From: a virus
Taxonomy: Duplodnaviria > Caudoviricetes
Virus record (IMG/VR): IMGVR_UViG_3300019742_000001
Length of the DNA: 64,000 bases
Strand: one strand, 5' to 3'
Position numbers and translations under genes: made by a program. Shown here in pieces: positions 17,648 through 26,979 of this stretch; position 1 is the stretch's first letter, and every line of letters begins with the position of its first letter. The notes under the pieces were generated by a model that had not been told where the DNA came from, made no database searches, and saw only the letters and a list, made by a program, of their open reading frames with translations.

Positions 17648-18631
17648 ATGAGATTTGAAGATTTACTATTGAATGAGAAGGCAATGACACCGAAACAGGC
17701 TATCAAGTTTGCTACTGATACTGATTATAATAATATATCAAGTGCGTCAGAGAAAGAGTTCATTGAGACATGGAAAATGATAACCAAGGAGTGTAAAGGT
17801 TTCATTCGTGAATTGAGGAAAGGTGATCAATTATTGTTTAGAGGTATGAAAAACATAGACAATATGGGTAGCAGAGTACCGAGGAAGAATCGTAGACCTT
17901 TGGATACACCAACCGCAGTAAGTGACAAAGCCGATGAAATAATATTAGAGTTATTTGGATGGAAACCGAGACAAGAGGGTTTATTCACAACAGGAAATAC
18001 ATTGTTTGCTGGTGGGTATGGTGATATTTGCATGGTCTTTCCGGTAGACAAGTATGATATACTATGGAGTTCAAAGACAACTGATGCATATTCCAAATTA
18101 AGAGATAGGTCAATTGGTGATTACATTAGGAAGAACTACACAAAAGAATTGAAGACAATGTATGATAAAAAATTTGCTGAGGGACATGAGGGTGTGTATC
18201 GGATAAGAGATAAAGGATATAATGTACCACTCCAAAAGAAATATAGGATTAAAAAAGCTGCAATCAAGTATTATGTTGATTATATTAAACAAAGTAACTT
18301 GATTCAAGGGGATGTAGAAGAGTTCGTAAAAGATAATATATATTGGGACCCAGAGAGGTCATTTGATGGTTTCCTTAATTGGGTAAGACATGGGTATTTT
18401 CTTGATGAAGGTAGGAAGTCGTGGCCAGAAGGATTTGATAAATTATTCAGTGATGCTGTTGAGAAGATGGTAATTGATGAACTTGATTATAATGATAAAG
18501 ATTTAAGAAAGGCGATACAATCAGGTAATGAGATTCAAGTAAAGTGTGACAAATACTATTACATTGGACTGGAATGTATGCCATTAGTTGAATTATGTTT
18601 ATGGGGTAAGACGATAAGGAGTGAAATTTAA
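17648..18631 (+). CDS. putative ART-fold virion protein, subfamily B
   Basis: Start reassigned (GGAG RBS, MRFEDLLLNEK); LLFRGM / EGLFTTG / GNEIQV. Confidence 0.55.
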   Translation: MRFEDLLLNEKAMTPKQAIKFATDTDYNNISSASEKEFIETWKMITKECKGFIRELRKGDQLLFRGMKNIDNMGSRVPRKNRRPLDTPTAVSDKADEIILELFGWKPRQEGLFTTGNTLFAGGYGDICMVFPVDKYDILWSSKTTDAYSKLRDRSIGDYIRKNYTKELKTMYDKKFAEGHEGVYRIRDKGYNVPLQKKYRIKKAAIKYYVDYIKQSNLIQGDVEEFVKDNIYWDPERSFDGFLNWVRHGYFLDEGRKSWPEGFDKLFSDAVEKMVIDELDYNDKDLRKAIQSGNEIQVKCDKYYYIGLECMPLVELCLWGKTIRSEI

Positions 18632-19281
18632 TGAGATTACAACAATACATAACAGAAGGTGTTAGTGTAAAATATGATGACATATATGATATAATACCAC
18701 TAATAAAACGTGATTGTAAGAAGTGGATTAATGAAAGTAACGGACAGTTTGCGTTTAGAGGTATGAAAAACAAACCATTATTTATTAAACATGACGTAAG
18801 GAAAAACAGAAAACCAAAAGATACATCAAAGTCCCAACATGAATTGATGGATAACGTGATGAATGACAAATTTGGATGGCATCCTCGTTCTGAGGGTTTG
18901 TTTTGTTCGGGTGATATGATGTCAACAACTGATTATGGTGTTCCATACATGATATTTCCTATAGGTGATTATAGATATGTATGGAACCCAAAAGTTAAAG
19001 ATAGTTTTCTTGATACTTCTAACTTTTCATCATGGTGGGTCCAATTACTGAGTATTGCTATCGAAGATAAATTCTTAAATAAATTTATTATGGAAAAATC
19101 AACTAAAAAAATGTTGAAGGGGTACATTGATACTGGATTAAGTAACGCATTAAGACGAGATAATGAGGTAATGGTCGAATGTAAAGAGTATTATGCTATA
19201 CGAGCAGAATCCATACATAGTGTATATAATGATGACGCTCCATATGCATCATTCACAGACTTTTTGGTGGATATATCATGA
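18631..19281 (+). CDS. putative ART-fold virion protein, subfamily B
   Basis: MRLQQYITE; FAFRGM / EGLFCSG / DNEVMV. Confidence 0.55.
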   Translation: MRLQQYITEGVSVKYDDIYDIIPLIKRDCKKWINESNGQFAFRGMKNKPLFIKHDVRKNRKPKDTSKSQHELMDNVMNDKFGWHPRSEGLFCSGDMMSTTDYGVPYMIFPIGDYRYVWNPKVKDSFLDTSNFSSWWVQLLSIAIEDKFLNKFIMEKSTKKMLKGYIDTGLSNALRRDNEVMVECKEYYAIRAESIHSVYNDDAPYASFTDFLVDIS

Positions 19282-19874
19282 GATTACAACAATACATAAC
19301 AGAGAAGGCATCAAAGAACACCATTGTATGTGATGTTCAACCAATGTATGAACAATATCAGTCATTTGAGACATATGAGTTCACTGAATTCCTTAATACT
19401 CAAACTAAACAAGTTATGTATTATTTCAATGGACCTGATACTGTTGGTACTGATACAGAGAGTGATATCAAATACTGGTTGATTGAGAATGGATTGAATG
19501 AGGAAAAACTCAATGATATCACATTCTTTGATAAGGGGTATGCATATTTCCGATCATTTATGGATGAAGGTATATCCGAACATACAATAATCAAGATGAT
19601 TAGATATATGTTCAAGACAAGACAATGGGATTCACGTGATATAGAAAATGAAGAGTGGGAGAAGGCATTGGGTAGTGACTATGATAGTGATGTTGAACAT
19701 ATGTTAGACAGTGGTGATATGATTTATCCACCTGATATTGATATTCGTCAACTAAGGCAACACGGTGGAGGGTATATCGTAGGTGGTGGTAAGAGAGAAT
19801 GTTTGGCAGAACTTCAATTATTGATGTCTGCGTTTAATATAAAAGCAAGAGAAATTAAAAGATATGTATATTAG
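19278..19874 (+). CDS. isochorismatase/cysteine-hydrolase-like protein with leader
   Basis: MRLQQYITE; IVCDVQP...DKGY...IVGGGKRECL (D-K-C triad pattern). Confidence 0.55.
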   Translation: MRLQQYITEKASKNTIVCDVQPMYEQYQSFETYEFTEFLNTQTKQVMYYFNGPDTVGTDTESDIKYWLIENGLNEEKLNDITFFDKGYAYFRSFMDEGISEHTIIKMIRYMFKTRQWDSRDIENEEWEKALGSDYDSDVEHMLDSGDMIYPPDIDIRQLRQHGGGYIVGGGKRECLAELQLLMSAFNIKAREIKRYVY

Positions 19875-19883
19875 GAGATTATA

Positions 19884-20600
19884 ATGGTAAATTTAAAAGG
19901 TGCTTATGTTACAAAAGATGTGAAATTGGATAGATTACCCGATTTCGATGAAAGAAGTAAAAACTTTCCTATCAGAGAGTTGTCTGGTTCAAAGAAACAA
20001 CGGTCATACACTTGGCGTTGTAATGAACAATTAGATCAAGGACCAGATGGTGCATGTGTTGGGTTTGGTGTTGCACATGAGTTAATCGCAAGACCAGCAG
20101 AAGTTAAAGGTATCACTGACACTTATGCAAAACAGAATATCTATTGGGAAGCACAGAAGATTGATCCTTGGGATGGTGGTAGTTATCCCGGTGCATCACC
20201 ATTTTATGAAGGAACAAGTGTTCTTGCTGGTGTTAAAGTAGTTCATAAAATGGGTTGGATTGATTCATATCGTTGGGCATTTGGATTGGAAGACTTGATT
20301 CTTGGTGTTGGTCATAATGGTCCAGCCGTTATTGGTGTTGGATGGCACGGCAACATGTTTCAACCTGATTCAGATGGTTACATTCACGCATCAGGTGGTA
20401 TCTATGGTGGTCACTGTGTATTAGTAAATGCAGTTAATGTTAAGAAACAACGATTTACTATTCATAACTCATGGGGTAAATCATGGGGTATGAATGGTGA
20501 GTGTTATATTTCATTTGAAGATATGGGTAAACTATTGGCAGATCGGGGAGAAGCAGTATTCTTCTTAAAACGTCATAACAAAAAACAACCACAAATATAA
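19884..20600 (+). CDS. papain-like (C1) cysteine peptidase
   Basis: DQGPDGACVGFG, GGHCV, HNSWGKSWGMNG. Confidence 0.9.
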   Translation: MVNLKGAYVTKDVKLDRLPDFDERSKNFPIRELSGSKKQRSYTWRCNEQLDQGPDGACVGFGVAHELIARPAEVKGITDTYAKQNIYWEAQKIDPWDGGSYPGASPFYEGTSVLAGVKVVHKMGWIDSYRWAFGLEDLILGVGHNGPAVIGVGWHGNMFQPDSDGYIHASGGIYGGHCVLVNAVNVKKQRFTIHNSWGKSWGMNGECYISFEDMGKLLADRGEAVFFLKRHNKKQPQI

Positions 20601-20623
20601 TTAAAGTATGGAGGAATAATAGT

Positions 20624-21520
20624 ATGAGATTGGATCATTTTTTGGTGGAAGGTAGATCAAAATCACTAAAATTACAACAATTCAGAGATGAACTTGGTAG
20701 TGGGAAATATTCCGATGTATTAAAGTATTATAAAAGTTTGGATGATCCCACATCAGGGTTTATATACAGAGGTAATCGGTCATCCGATACATTGGCTGTT
20801 GTAGACCCTAAGACATCAACTAGGACTAGTCAAAACACAGATAATTATTACACTCTTTTTATTGATAATGATCCATCGTGGTCTAAATTCCCTAAAAGGA
20901 GTAAGTCACTAATCTGTACAACTGATTACTCAAAATCAATATTATATGGTAATGGTTATGTAATGTTCCCTGTTAACGGATCGGATATAGGAATTTGTCC
21001 AAAGGGAGATATATGGGGTAGTTTTAAGGGGTTAGAGTCTAGTGGGGGTAATGATGGGTTTTTGGCATTACTTTTTGAGTCATTTAACGATATGTTTACT
21101 GTTATTAACAAAAGCGGGGAGATAAAAGAATGTTTTAATGAAGATTTTTCTATAGAGTCTCTTGTGAATAGTATGCTTAGCAGATCTAAGCCAACTAAAC
21201 ATAAAACTTATGATGATGACATTGGAACATTTAAGAAACAACTGAAATATCTCGACCAACACATCAAAAAGAACGGACCAGATATATATTTGGGGTATCT
21301 ACCTCTGATTGATAAGTTGTTTAATACATTTTACAAAGGTGATATGTATAAGTGTATATCTGATATACTTGATCCCAAAAGAAGTGGGTTTAAGTTACAA
21401 AAGGTTGGCAAAAAACTACCAACCAATGGACATGAAGTATGGACTGATGGTAAATGTTTAATGATGGATGTTCATCTTTTTGGTCAATTACATGATTCAG
21501 GTGAATTGTATGATTTGTAA
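20624..21520 (+). CDS. putative ART-fold virion protein, subfamily A
   Basis: MRLDHFLVE; IYRGN / SLICTTD / HEVW. Confidence 0.55.
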   Translation: MRLDHFLVEGRSKSLKLQQFRDELGSGKYSDVLKYYKSLDDPTSGFIYRGNRSSDTLAVVDPKTSTRTSQNTDNYYTLFIDNDPSWSKFPKRSKSLICTTDYSKSILYGNGYVMFPVNGSDIGICPKGDIWGSFKGLESSGGNDGFLALLFESFNDMFTVINKSGEIKECFNEDFSIESLVNSMLSRSKPTKHKTYDDDIGTFKKQLKYLDQHIKKNGPDIYLGYLPLIDKLFNTFYKGDMYKCISDILDPKRSGFKLQKVGKKLPTNGHEVWTDGKCLMMDVHLFGQLHDSGELYDL

Positions 21521-21547
21521 AGAAATCACTAAAGAGGGTGGAAGTAT

Positions 21548-22387
21548 ATGAAATTACAGAGATATTTAATAGAAGGTCGTACCCAGAGTCTACCAAAAGA
21601 TGAATTCGAAAAACTGTTGAGAACTGACTATAGAGATTCTGTTATGTCAGTAATCAATGGAAAAGGGATGTTGTTTCGTGGTAACAAAGATACTCCACAA
21701 TATGGATATGTTGATACTTCAAAGGGGAAACTTAGACGATCTGCAAATACAAGTAATGAATATACACTGTGTATTGATAATTCGTCAAGGTGGAAGAATT
21801 ACCCTCGACGTGGTAGATCATTAATATGTTCCACCAGTTTATTATATGCTATTAATTATGGTCATCTTAATATTGTATTACCTATCAATGGATCATCTAT
21901 AGGTATATGTTCTGATGACGATTTTTGGTATAGTTTCCCATATATAGAGAAAGTGTTGCATATTAGAGATATGGATTCATTCAATAGTGAATTCAGGGAT
22001 CTATTACGTTGGGGTACAGGTAATAGAACCAATGATAAAAATTGGGCACAACTTAGATCGGCAATGAAAGAATTTGATAAGAAATTTGAGAATTATAATT
22101 ATGACTGGGACAATGTGTTTTCTGAAATATATTCGGGGATTAATTATACAAAATCTGCTTCTGCATGGGATGACGCATGGAAGGGTAGTTTACAAAAAAC
22201 TATCAATGATATAATAGATCCTGTAAATAATGAATTCAAGTTAGTCAATATTGGTGACCAGTTTGATGATGATTGTGAAGCATGGTTTAGTGGTAAATCA
22301 CTTGTTATCAATACTAACTATTTTGGTGACAAAGGTGAATATGAAAAAACATTGAATTATTTGATGTCAGTTATGGAGGGACATTAG
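21548..22387 (+). CDS. putative ART-fold virion protein, subfamily A
   Basis: MKLQRYLIE; LFRGN / SLICSTS / CEAW. Confidence 0.55.
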   Translation: MKLQRYLIEGRTQSLPKDEFEKLLRTDYRDSVMSVINGKGMLFRGNKDTPQYGYVDTSKGKLRRSANTSNEYTLCIDNSSRWKNYPRRGRSLICSTSLLYAINYGHLNIVLPINGSSIGICSDDDFWYSFPYIEKVLHIRDMDSFNSEFRDLLRWGTGNRTNDKNWAQLRSAMKEFDKKFENYNYDWDNVFSEIYSGINYTKSASAWDDAWKGSLQKTINDIIDPVNNEFKLVNIGDQFDDDCEAWFSGKSLVINTNYFGDKGEYEKTLNYLMSVMEGH

Positions 22388-22391
22388 GTTT

Positions 22392-22973
22392 ATGAAATTA
22401 CAGAGATATATAAATGAAATGGGGTTTGATGAGGAACAGGATTTATGGCAAAAAGAGATCTTGCCCAAACTTGAAAAGGATTGTAAACCATTCCTCAAAG
22501 AAAAGACATTACTTTATAGAGGTTTTGGTAGAAGATTTGATTTCGAATTTATCATACCTCGTAAGGATAGAAGACCATTGGATAGCCCACAGTGGTTCCA
22601 TGATGGTTTCGATAATGCATCTAAAAAAGTGTTTGGTTGGAAGTCGAGATCAGAGGGAGTCTTTGCATCATCTACATATTCAACAGCTAGTGCTTATGCT
22701 GGTAGTGGTACAGTGGCAATGGTATTCCCTAAAGGTAAATTCAAGTATATCTGGTCATCAAAGATCAATGATTTATTTGATGAACTCAATGATGAAGATT
22801 TCTCAATATTTGATGATGAAACTGCGTGGGTTCAATTCGTAAAACAGAACTACCAAGATAATAATTTAAGATCGGTTCGCAACGAAAACACAGAGATTAT
22901 GTTGTATTGTCCTAATGGATATTACGCGGTGGATGTGGCGTTTGATGAGGCTGTAAAAAAGGTGTTATTATGA
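22392..22973 (+). CDS. putative ART-fold virion protein, subfamily B
   Basis: MKLQRYINE; LYRGF / EGVFASST / NTEIML. Confidence 0.55.
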   Translation: MKLQRYINEMGFDEEQDLWQKEILPKLEKDCKPFLKEKTLLYRGFGRRFDFEFIIPRKDRRPLDSPQWFHDGFDNASKKVFGWKSRSEGVFASSTYSTASAYAGSGTVAMVFPKGKFKYIWSSKINDLFDELNDEDFSIFDDETAWVQFVKQNYQDNNLRSVRNENTEIMLYCPNGYYAVDVAFDEAVKKVLL

Positions 22974-23710
22974 GATTAGAATCGTATATAGATAGTAGTG
23001 ATATAACATATGAACAGTATGTATCAGGTATTGACTCATATTTCTCAGTGGATGAGGGTTTCAAAGAGGTCAAGGATAAGTCGGTTGCATTTGTTAAGAG
23101 ACAATTGAAGATGGCATCAGATGAATTTGATAAGATATCACATGAACTAGGGTTGTCATTGATTCAGATATCACATGCATTAACGGAAAAGAATGTGTTC
23201 AAGTTACTGAAATCAATAGGGTTTTCTTTCGTGAAACTTTTATCATCATTAAATGGATTATCAGGTATAGTTCGTCAAGGTCTGTTTGATGCATTTGAAG
23301 AATTATCCAAAACACAACTATGGATGAAGTTCAAGTCTGGTGTTGCTGCATGGGATGATATACTTGACCGATATCCAGTGATGAAAAAAGTAACTGGTGT
23401 GTTAGTCGCAGGTCTTTTGTTTTTCATGTGGACACAAATGACATTCATTGGAAATCTTGACTATGATTTTGATTTCACCTCAATTGCGTTGGCATTGAAA
23501 GGGAAATACTCACTGGAACAAATATTTGGTGGTCCTGAAGGTGCAATGTTATTGACACTGTTCGCTAGTGGATCATTAATTAGTGTTGCTTGGTTGGGTG
23601 AAACTGTATACAACCTGATCTTGGCATTGGTTTACACAGGTTCCAAGAAATTGTCAACTGTTGACCATAAGGTGGTTAACATAATCAAATCAAAAATGGT
23701 ATTCGAATGA
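22970..23710 (+). CDS. hypothetical membrane-associated protein with leader
   Basis: MRLESYI; hydrophobic segments VTGVLVAGLLFFMW and AMLLTLFASGSLISVAWL. Confidence 0.7.
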   Translation: MRLESYIDSSDITYEQYVSGIDSYFSVDEGFKEVKDKSVAFVKRQLKMASDEFDKISHELGLSLIQISHALTEKNVFKLLKSIGFSFVKLLSSLNGLSGIVRQGLFDAFEELSKTQLWMKFKSGVAAWDDILDRYPVMKKVTGVLVAGLLFFMWTQMTFIGNLDYDFDFTSIALALKGKYSLEQIFGGPEGAMLLTLFASGSLISVAWLGETVYNLILALVYTGSKKLSTVDHKVVNIIKSKMVFE

Positions 23711-24543
23711 GATTAGAACAGTATATTATCAACGAGAGTTCAAGATCAAAACCTTTGGACAAAGAAACGTTCGAAGAATTGTTGAGAACTGATTATAGTG
23801 ATGCTGCTAAGGCATTAGTCAAAAATGCCAGTAGTAGATTGTATCGTGGTAACTATGATCTTGCAAGATATGCCTTAACCGACCCTACCAAGGGAAGGTT
23901 ACGGAGATCATCTAACACATCAAATGAGTATACTCTGTTTATGGATAACAACAAGATATGGAATGAGTATCCTAATCGTGGTCGTTCCATTATATGTTCA
24001 ACCGATATGTTATCATCAGAACAGTATGGTGATAATGGGTTGGTTATCCCAATGAATGGCACACTACTTGGTCAATGTAATGAGTTTGATTTGTGGTCAT
24101 CATTCAAAGTATTGGAGAAATCACTTGATGTCGAGGATATGGATGATTTTAATCACACGTTACGTTTTCTAATTGGTGTAGGAAATGATACTAATTGGCG
24201 TACGTTACGTAAATCATTTACAACATTTGACAAGAAGCTAAAAGAGGGTGGTTGGGAATCGATATACAATGATATCATTACCAAGACTAAATATCAAAAG
24301 GAATATGCTCGTGAACTGGTTAGTAGGTGGGAGAAAATATGGAAGGGTTCTATGATGAAGACAATGGAATATCTATTAGATCCAAAGACTAACAAGTTTA
24401 AATTAAAGAAATCAGGTGACAAATTTGAACCAAATCGTGAGGTATGGGTTGGCGGTAAGGCGTTATATGTATCACTTGATTATCTTGACGCTACATCGGG
24501 TGATAAACACACAATCGATTATATAAAGAGGGTTATATCATGA
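23707..24543 (+). CDS. putative ART-fold virion protein, subfamily A
   Basis: MRLEQYIINE; LYRGN / SIICSTD / REVW. Confidence 0.55.
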   Translation: MRLEQYIINESSRSKPLDKETFEELLRTDYSDAAKALVKNASSRLYRGNYDLARYALTDPTKGRLRRSSNTSNEYTLFMDNNKIWNEYPNRGRSIICSTDMLSSEQYGDNGLVIPMNGTLLGQCNEFDLWSSFKVLEKSLDVEDMDDFNHTLRFLIGVGNDTNWRTLRKSFTTFDKKLKEGGWESIYNDIITKTKYQKEYARELVSRWEKIWKGSMMKTMEYLLDPKTNKFKLKKSGDKFEPNREVWVGGKALYVSLDYLDATSGDKHTIDYIKRVIS

Positions 24544-24986
24544 AATTATGTCAATACTTAATAGAATCCAATAGATTGAAGGTATACTTCGCACATCCAC
24601 GGGCAACGTATGGTAAACCAGAGGAAACAAAATGTATTAAAATGATAACTGACAAATTCCCTGAACATATCATTGTCACACCTAATAACAGTAATATCAT
24701 AGATCGTGCCAATAAGATGGGGTTTGATATATTCTTTGGGATTATTAATACAACACAGATAATGTGTGTTATGCCATTCAAAGATGGGATCATAGGTAAT
24801 GGCGCGTATCGTGAGTGTGAACATGCTAGTAAGAAGGGGATACCGATATTTGTTGTAAATCCTTGGAATAATACTATTACTGTAACACCATTTCATAAGT
24901 TGAAGGGTATCAGTCCAGAAGAAACGTTTGGTCGTATTGACAAAAAAGATCAACATAAATGGAAGGTACATGAGACAAGTGTATAA
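24540..24986 (+). CDS. nucleoside 2-deoxyribosyltransferase-like protein with leader
   Basis: MKLCQYLIE; KVYFAHP...GAYRECEHASKKGIPIFV. Confidence 0.6.
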   Translation: MKLCQYLIESNRLKVYFAHPRATYGKPEETKCIKMITDKFPEHIIVTPNNSNIIDRANKMGFDIFFGIINTTQIMCVMPFKDGIIGNGAYRECEHASKKGIPIFVVNPWNNTITVTPFHKLKGISPEETFGRIDKKDQHKWKVHETSV

Positions 24987-24989
24987 ATA
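24982..24989 (+). promoter_or_regulatory. late promoter TATAAATA
   Basis: Exact match upstream of the DHH gene. Confidence 0.65.
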
Positions 24990-25017
24990 GTTAAAGATCA
25001 AATAAAATTTAATTTAT

Positions 25018-26466
25018 GTGGAGAAATATATGAAGAACATGTTTGAACAAATTGAAAGGGCACAATCAGCAGTAGATCGTGTTGATGAAAGTGGTATTAA
25101 GAATATTAGAATGTGGGCAAAAAAGTATAAAGAAGCCGAAGGTTATTATCATATGGATACAGATGGTGTTACATCAGCTATCGCAATGAAAGCCTATCTT
25201 GAGGCGTATGGTATTAAAACAGTGGCAGTTCATAAGATTAACTATGGTTCCAATGAGTTCTCGGCAGTTAAGGCAAAGAAAGGTCGTTTGGTGTGGATGG
25301 TTGACTTTGCACACGGTAAACCTTTCCTTCATATTCATACTGATCATCATGACGCACAAACAGGTGATGCAGAAACTACTTCAACCGCATTTGAGAAAGC
25401 TCCTTCTAACGTACAAGCAATCAGTCAGAAGATTAGTCCAAGAGATTTATTCTCTGCGGAAGACATCAAGGTTATTTCGATGGTTGATACTGCCGACTTC
25501 GCTAAGAATGATATCACACCTGATCAAGTAATGAACGCAGCATTCGGATATGACAAAACATTGAATGTTGACCGTAATCACACTATGATGGGATTGGTTG
25601 TTAACAAACTCTTATTGGCATACAAGAATAAGAAAGGTTTCCTTGATAAATTGGTGTTACAAGCAAAACCTTCATTAATCAGCCTGTATACTGTTATCAA
25701 GAAAGTGGCAAAAGAAGAAAATTATAAGACACCAGCAGAAGTTGGTAGTGGTGTTGAAAACTACGTATCAGCACAGAAAGGTAAGATCATTGAACCAGAT
25801 ATTGATCCTAGTAAACTTAAAGGTGGACAGTCTACAATGTGGGGTTCAACTATCGTACAATACGGTGGTGGTGGTATGTTCAATGGTTATGACCGTTATA
25901 CACCATTCAAGAATAATCCAACAGCAGACTATTTGATCATTGCATGGCCTATGGGATTGGTTCAAGCATCAAAGAATCCATTCAAAGGTGGTAGTAATCC
26001 TCATCCATTAGGTGATTTGGCTATCAAGAAATTGTTAGGTAACAGTAAATGGAAGTCACGTCTAAGTAAAGTGAATGTATCGTTAGCTGAGATCAAGAGA
26101 ATCTTTGAAATGGATATCAAACCAGCAGATCGTGATGCTATGGGATTCAATTTTGAAGACTTTGCTTCGTTGGTTACCAAAGATCAAGTTAAAGGTATGG
26201 ATATAGAGGGTAATAGTGGTTACACTGGATTCATTAAATCACTGGCTAACGTAAAATTCAGTCAGTTGTCATACAAACAGAAACAAAACTTAGAGAAAGT
26301 CACTGTATCTGTATATGACATCATGGTTGCACAGTCTGGTGGTCATAGAGATATCACAAATGTTCAAGGTTTTAATTTTTTGGGTAAAGGATATGTTGAT
26401 ATAATGAAGGAGTTTATGAAAGATCTTGCTCTTGAGTTGAAAGACAAACGATTGGAGAAAAAATAA
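25018..26466 (+). CDS. DHH/DHHA1-family phosphoesterase
   Basis: HMDTDGVTS, MVDF, TDHH, VDTAD, SGGH; true start likely a few codons downstream. Confidence 0.75.
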   Translation: MEKYMKNMFEQIERAQSAVDRVDESGIKNIRMWAKKYKEAEGYYHMDTDGVTSAIAMKAYLEAYGIKTVAVHKINYGSNEFSAVKAKKGRLVWMVDFAHGKPFLHIHTDHHDAQTGDAETTSTAFEKAPSNVQAISQKISPRDLFSAEDIKVISMVDTADFAKNDITPDQVMNAAFGYDKTLNVDRNHTMMGLVVNKLLLAYKNKKGFLDKLVLQAKPSLISLYTVIKKVAKEENYKTPAEVGSGVENYVSAQKGKIIEPDIDPSKLKGGQSTMWGSTIVQYGGGGMFNGYDRYTPFKNNPTADYLIIAWPMGLVQASKNPFKGGSNPHPLGDLAIKKLLGNSKWKSRLSKVNVSLAEIKRIFEMDIKPADRDAMGFNFEDFASLVTKDQVKGMDIEGNSGYTGFIKSLANVKFSQLSYKQKQNLEKVTVSVYDIMVAQSGGHRDITNVQGFNFLGKGYVDIMKEFMKDLALELKDKRLEKK

Positions 26467-26690
26467 TGAGTAGATTAAGTGATTTATTAGAGTCTAACAA
26501 CAATCGTGGTAATGACAGACTTGATCCAGATGAATTAGCTGATCAAATAGGTGGATATTTTGAAGATGTTATGTTCAATCTTGAATCTATTAGTGAGTTG
26601 CCTGTTGTACCACCTAAATTGAAGACTCGTTTACGTAAAATATACAAAGATGTCTTGAACATCAAAGGTGATTTAGACAAGGAGTTATAA
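26466..26690 (+). CDS. hypothetical protein with leader
   Basis: MSRLSDLLES. Confidence 0.65.
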   Translation: MSRLSDLLESNNNRGNDRLDPDELADQIGGYFEDVMFNLESISELPVVPPKLKTRLRKIYKDVLNIKGDLDKEL

Positions 26691-26977
26691 TGGATTTACT
26701 ACAGAAGATTGACATATATATCAACGAAATGATTGAAGTTGAAGTGAATGGGTTAAGAAATGGTAAGAATATACTATTCACAGTAGGTAGACATAATCTT
26801 AGGGTATTTGTTGATAAGGTACAATTCAGTATTGCAACAAAATCTGTCACTAAAGAGAAATTCCTTTCGTCAAGTGATGGTAGGGCTGTCCATAGGGCAT
26901 ACATTAAGAACAAACAAGAGAACAGTGATTACTTTAATAATAAGAATCTTAATATACAAAAAATTATAAGGGCTTAA
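26690..26977 (+). CDS. hypothetical protein with leader-like N-terminus
   Basis: MDLLQKIDIYINE. Confidence 0.65.
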   Translation: MDLLQKIDIYINEMIEVEVNGLRNGKNILFTVGRHNLRVFVDKVQFSIATKSVTKEKFLSSSDGRAVHRAYIKNKQENSDYFNNKNLNIQKIIRA

Positions 26978-26979
26978 TT

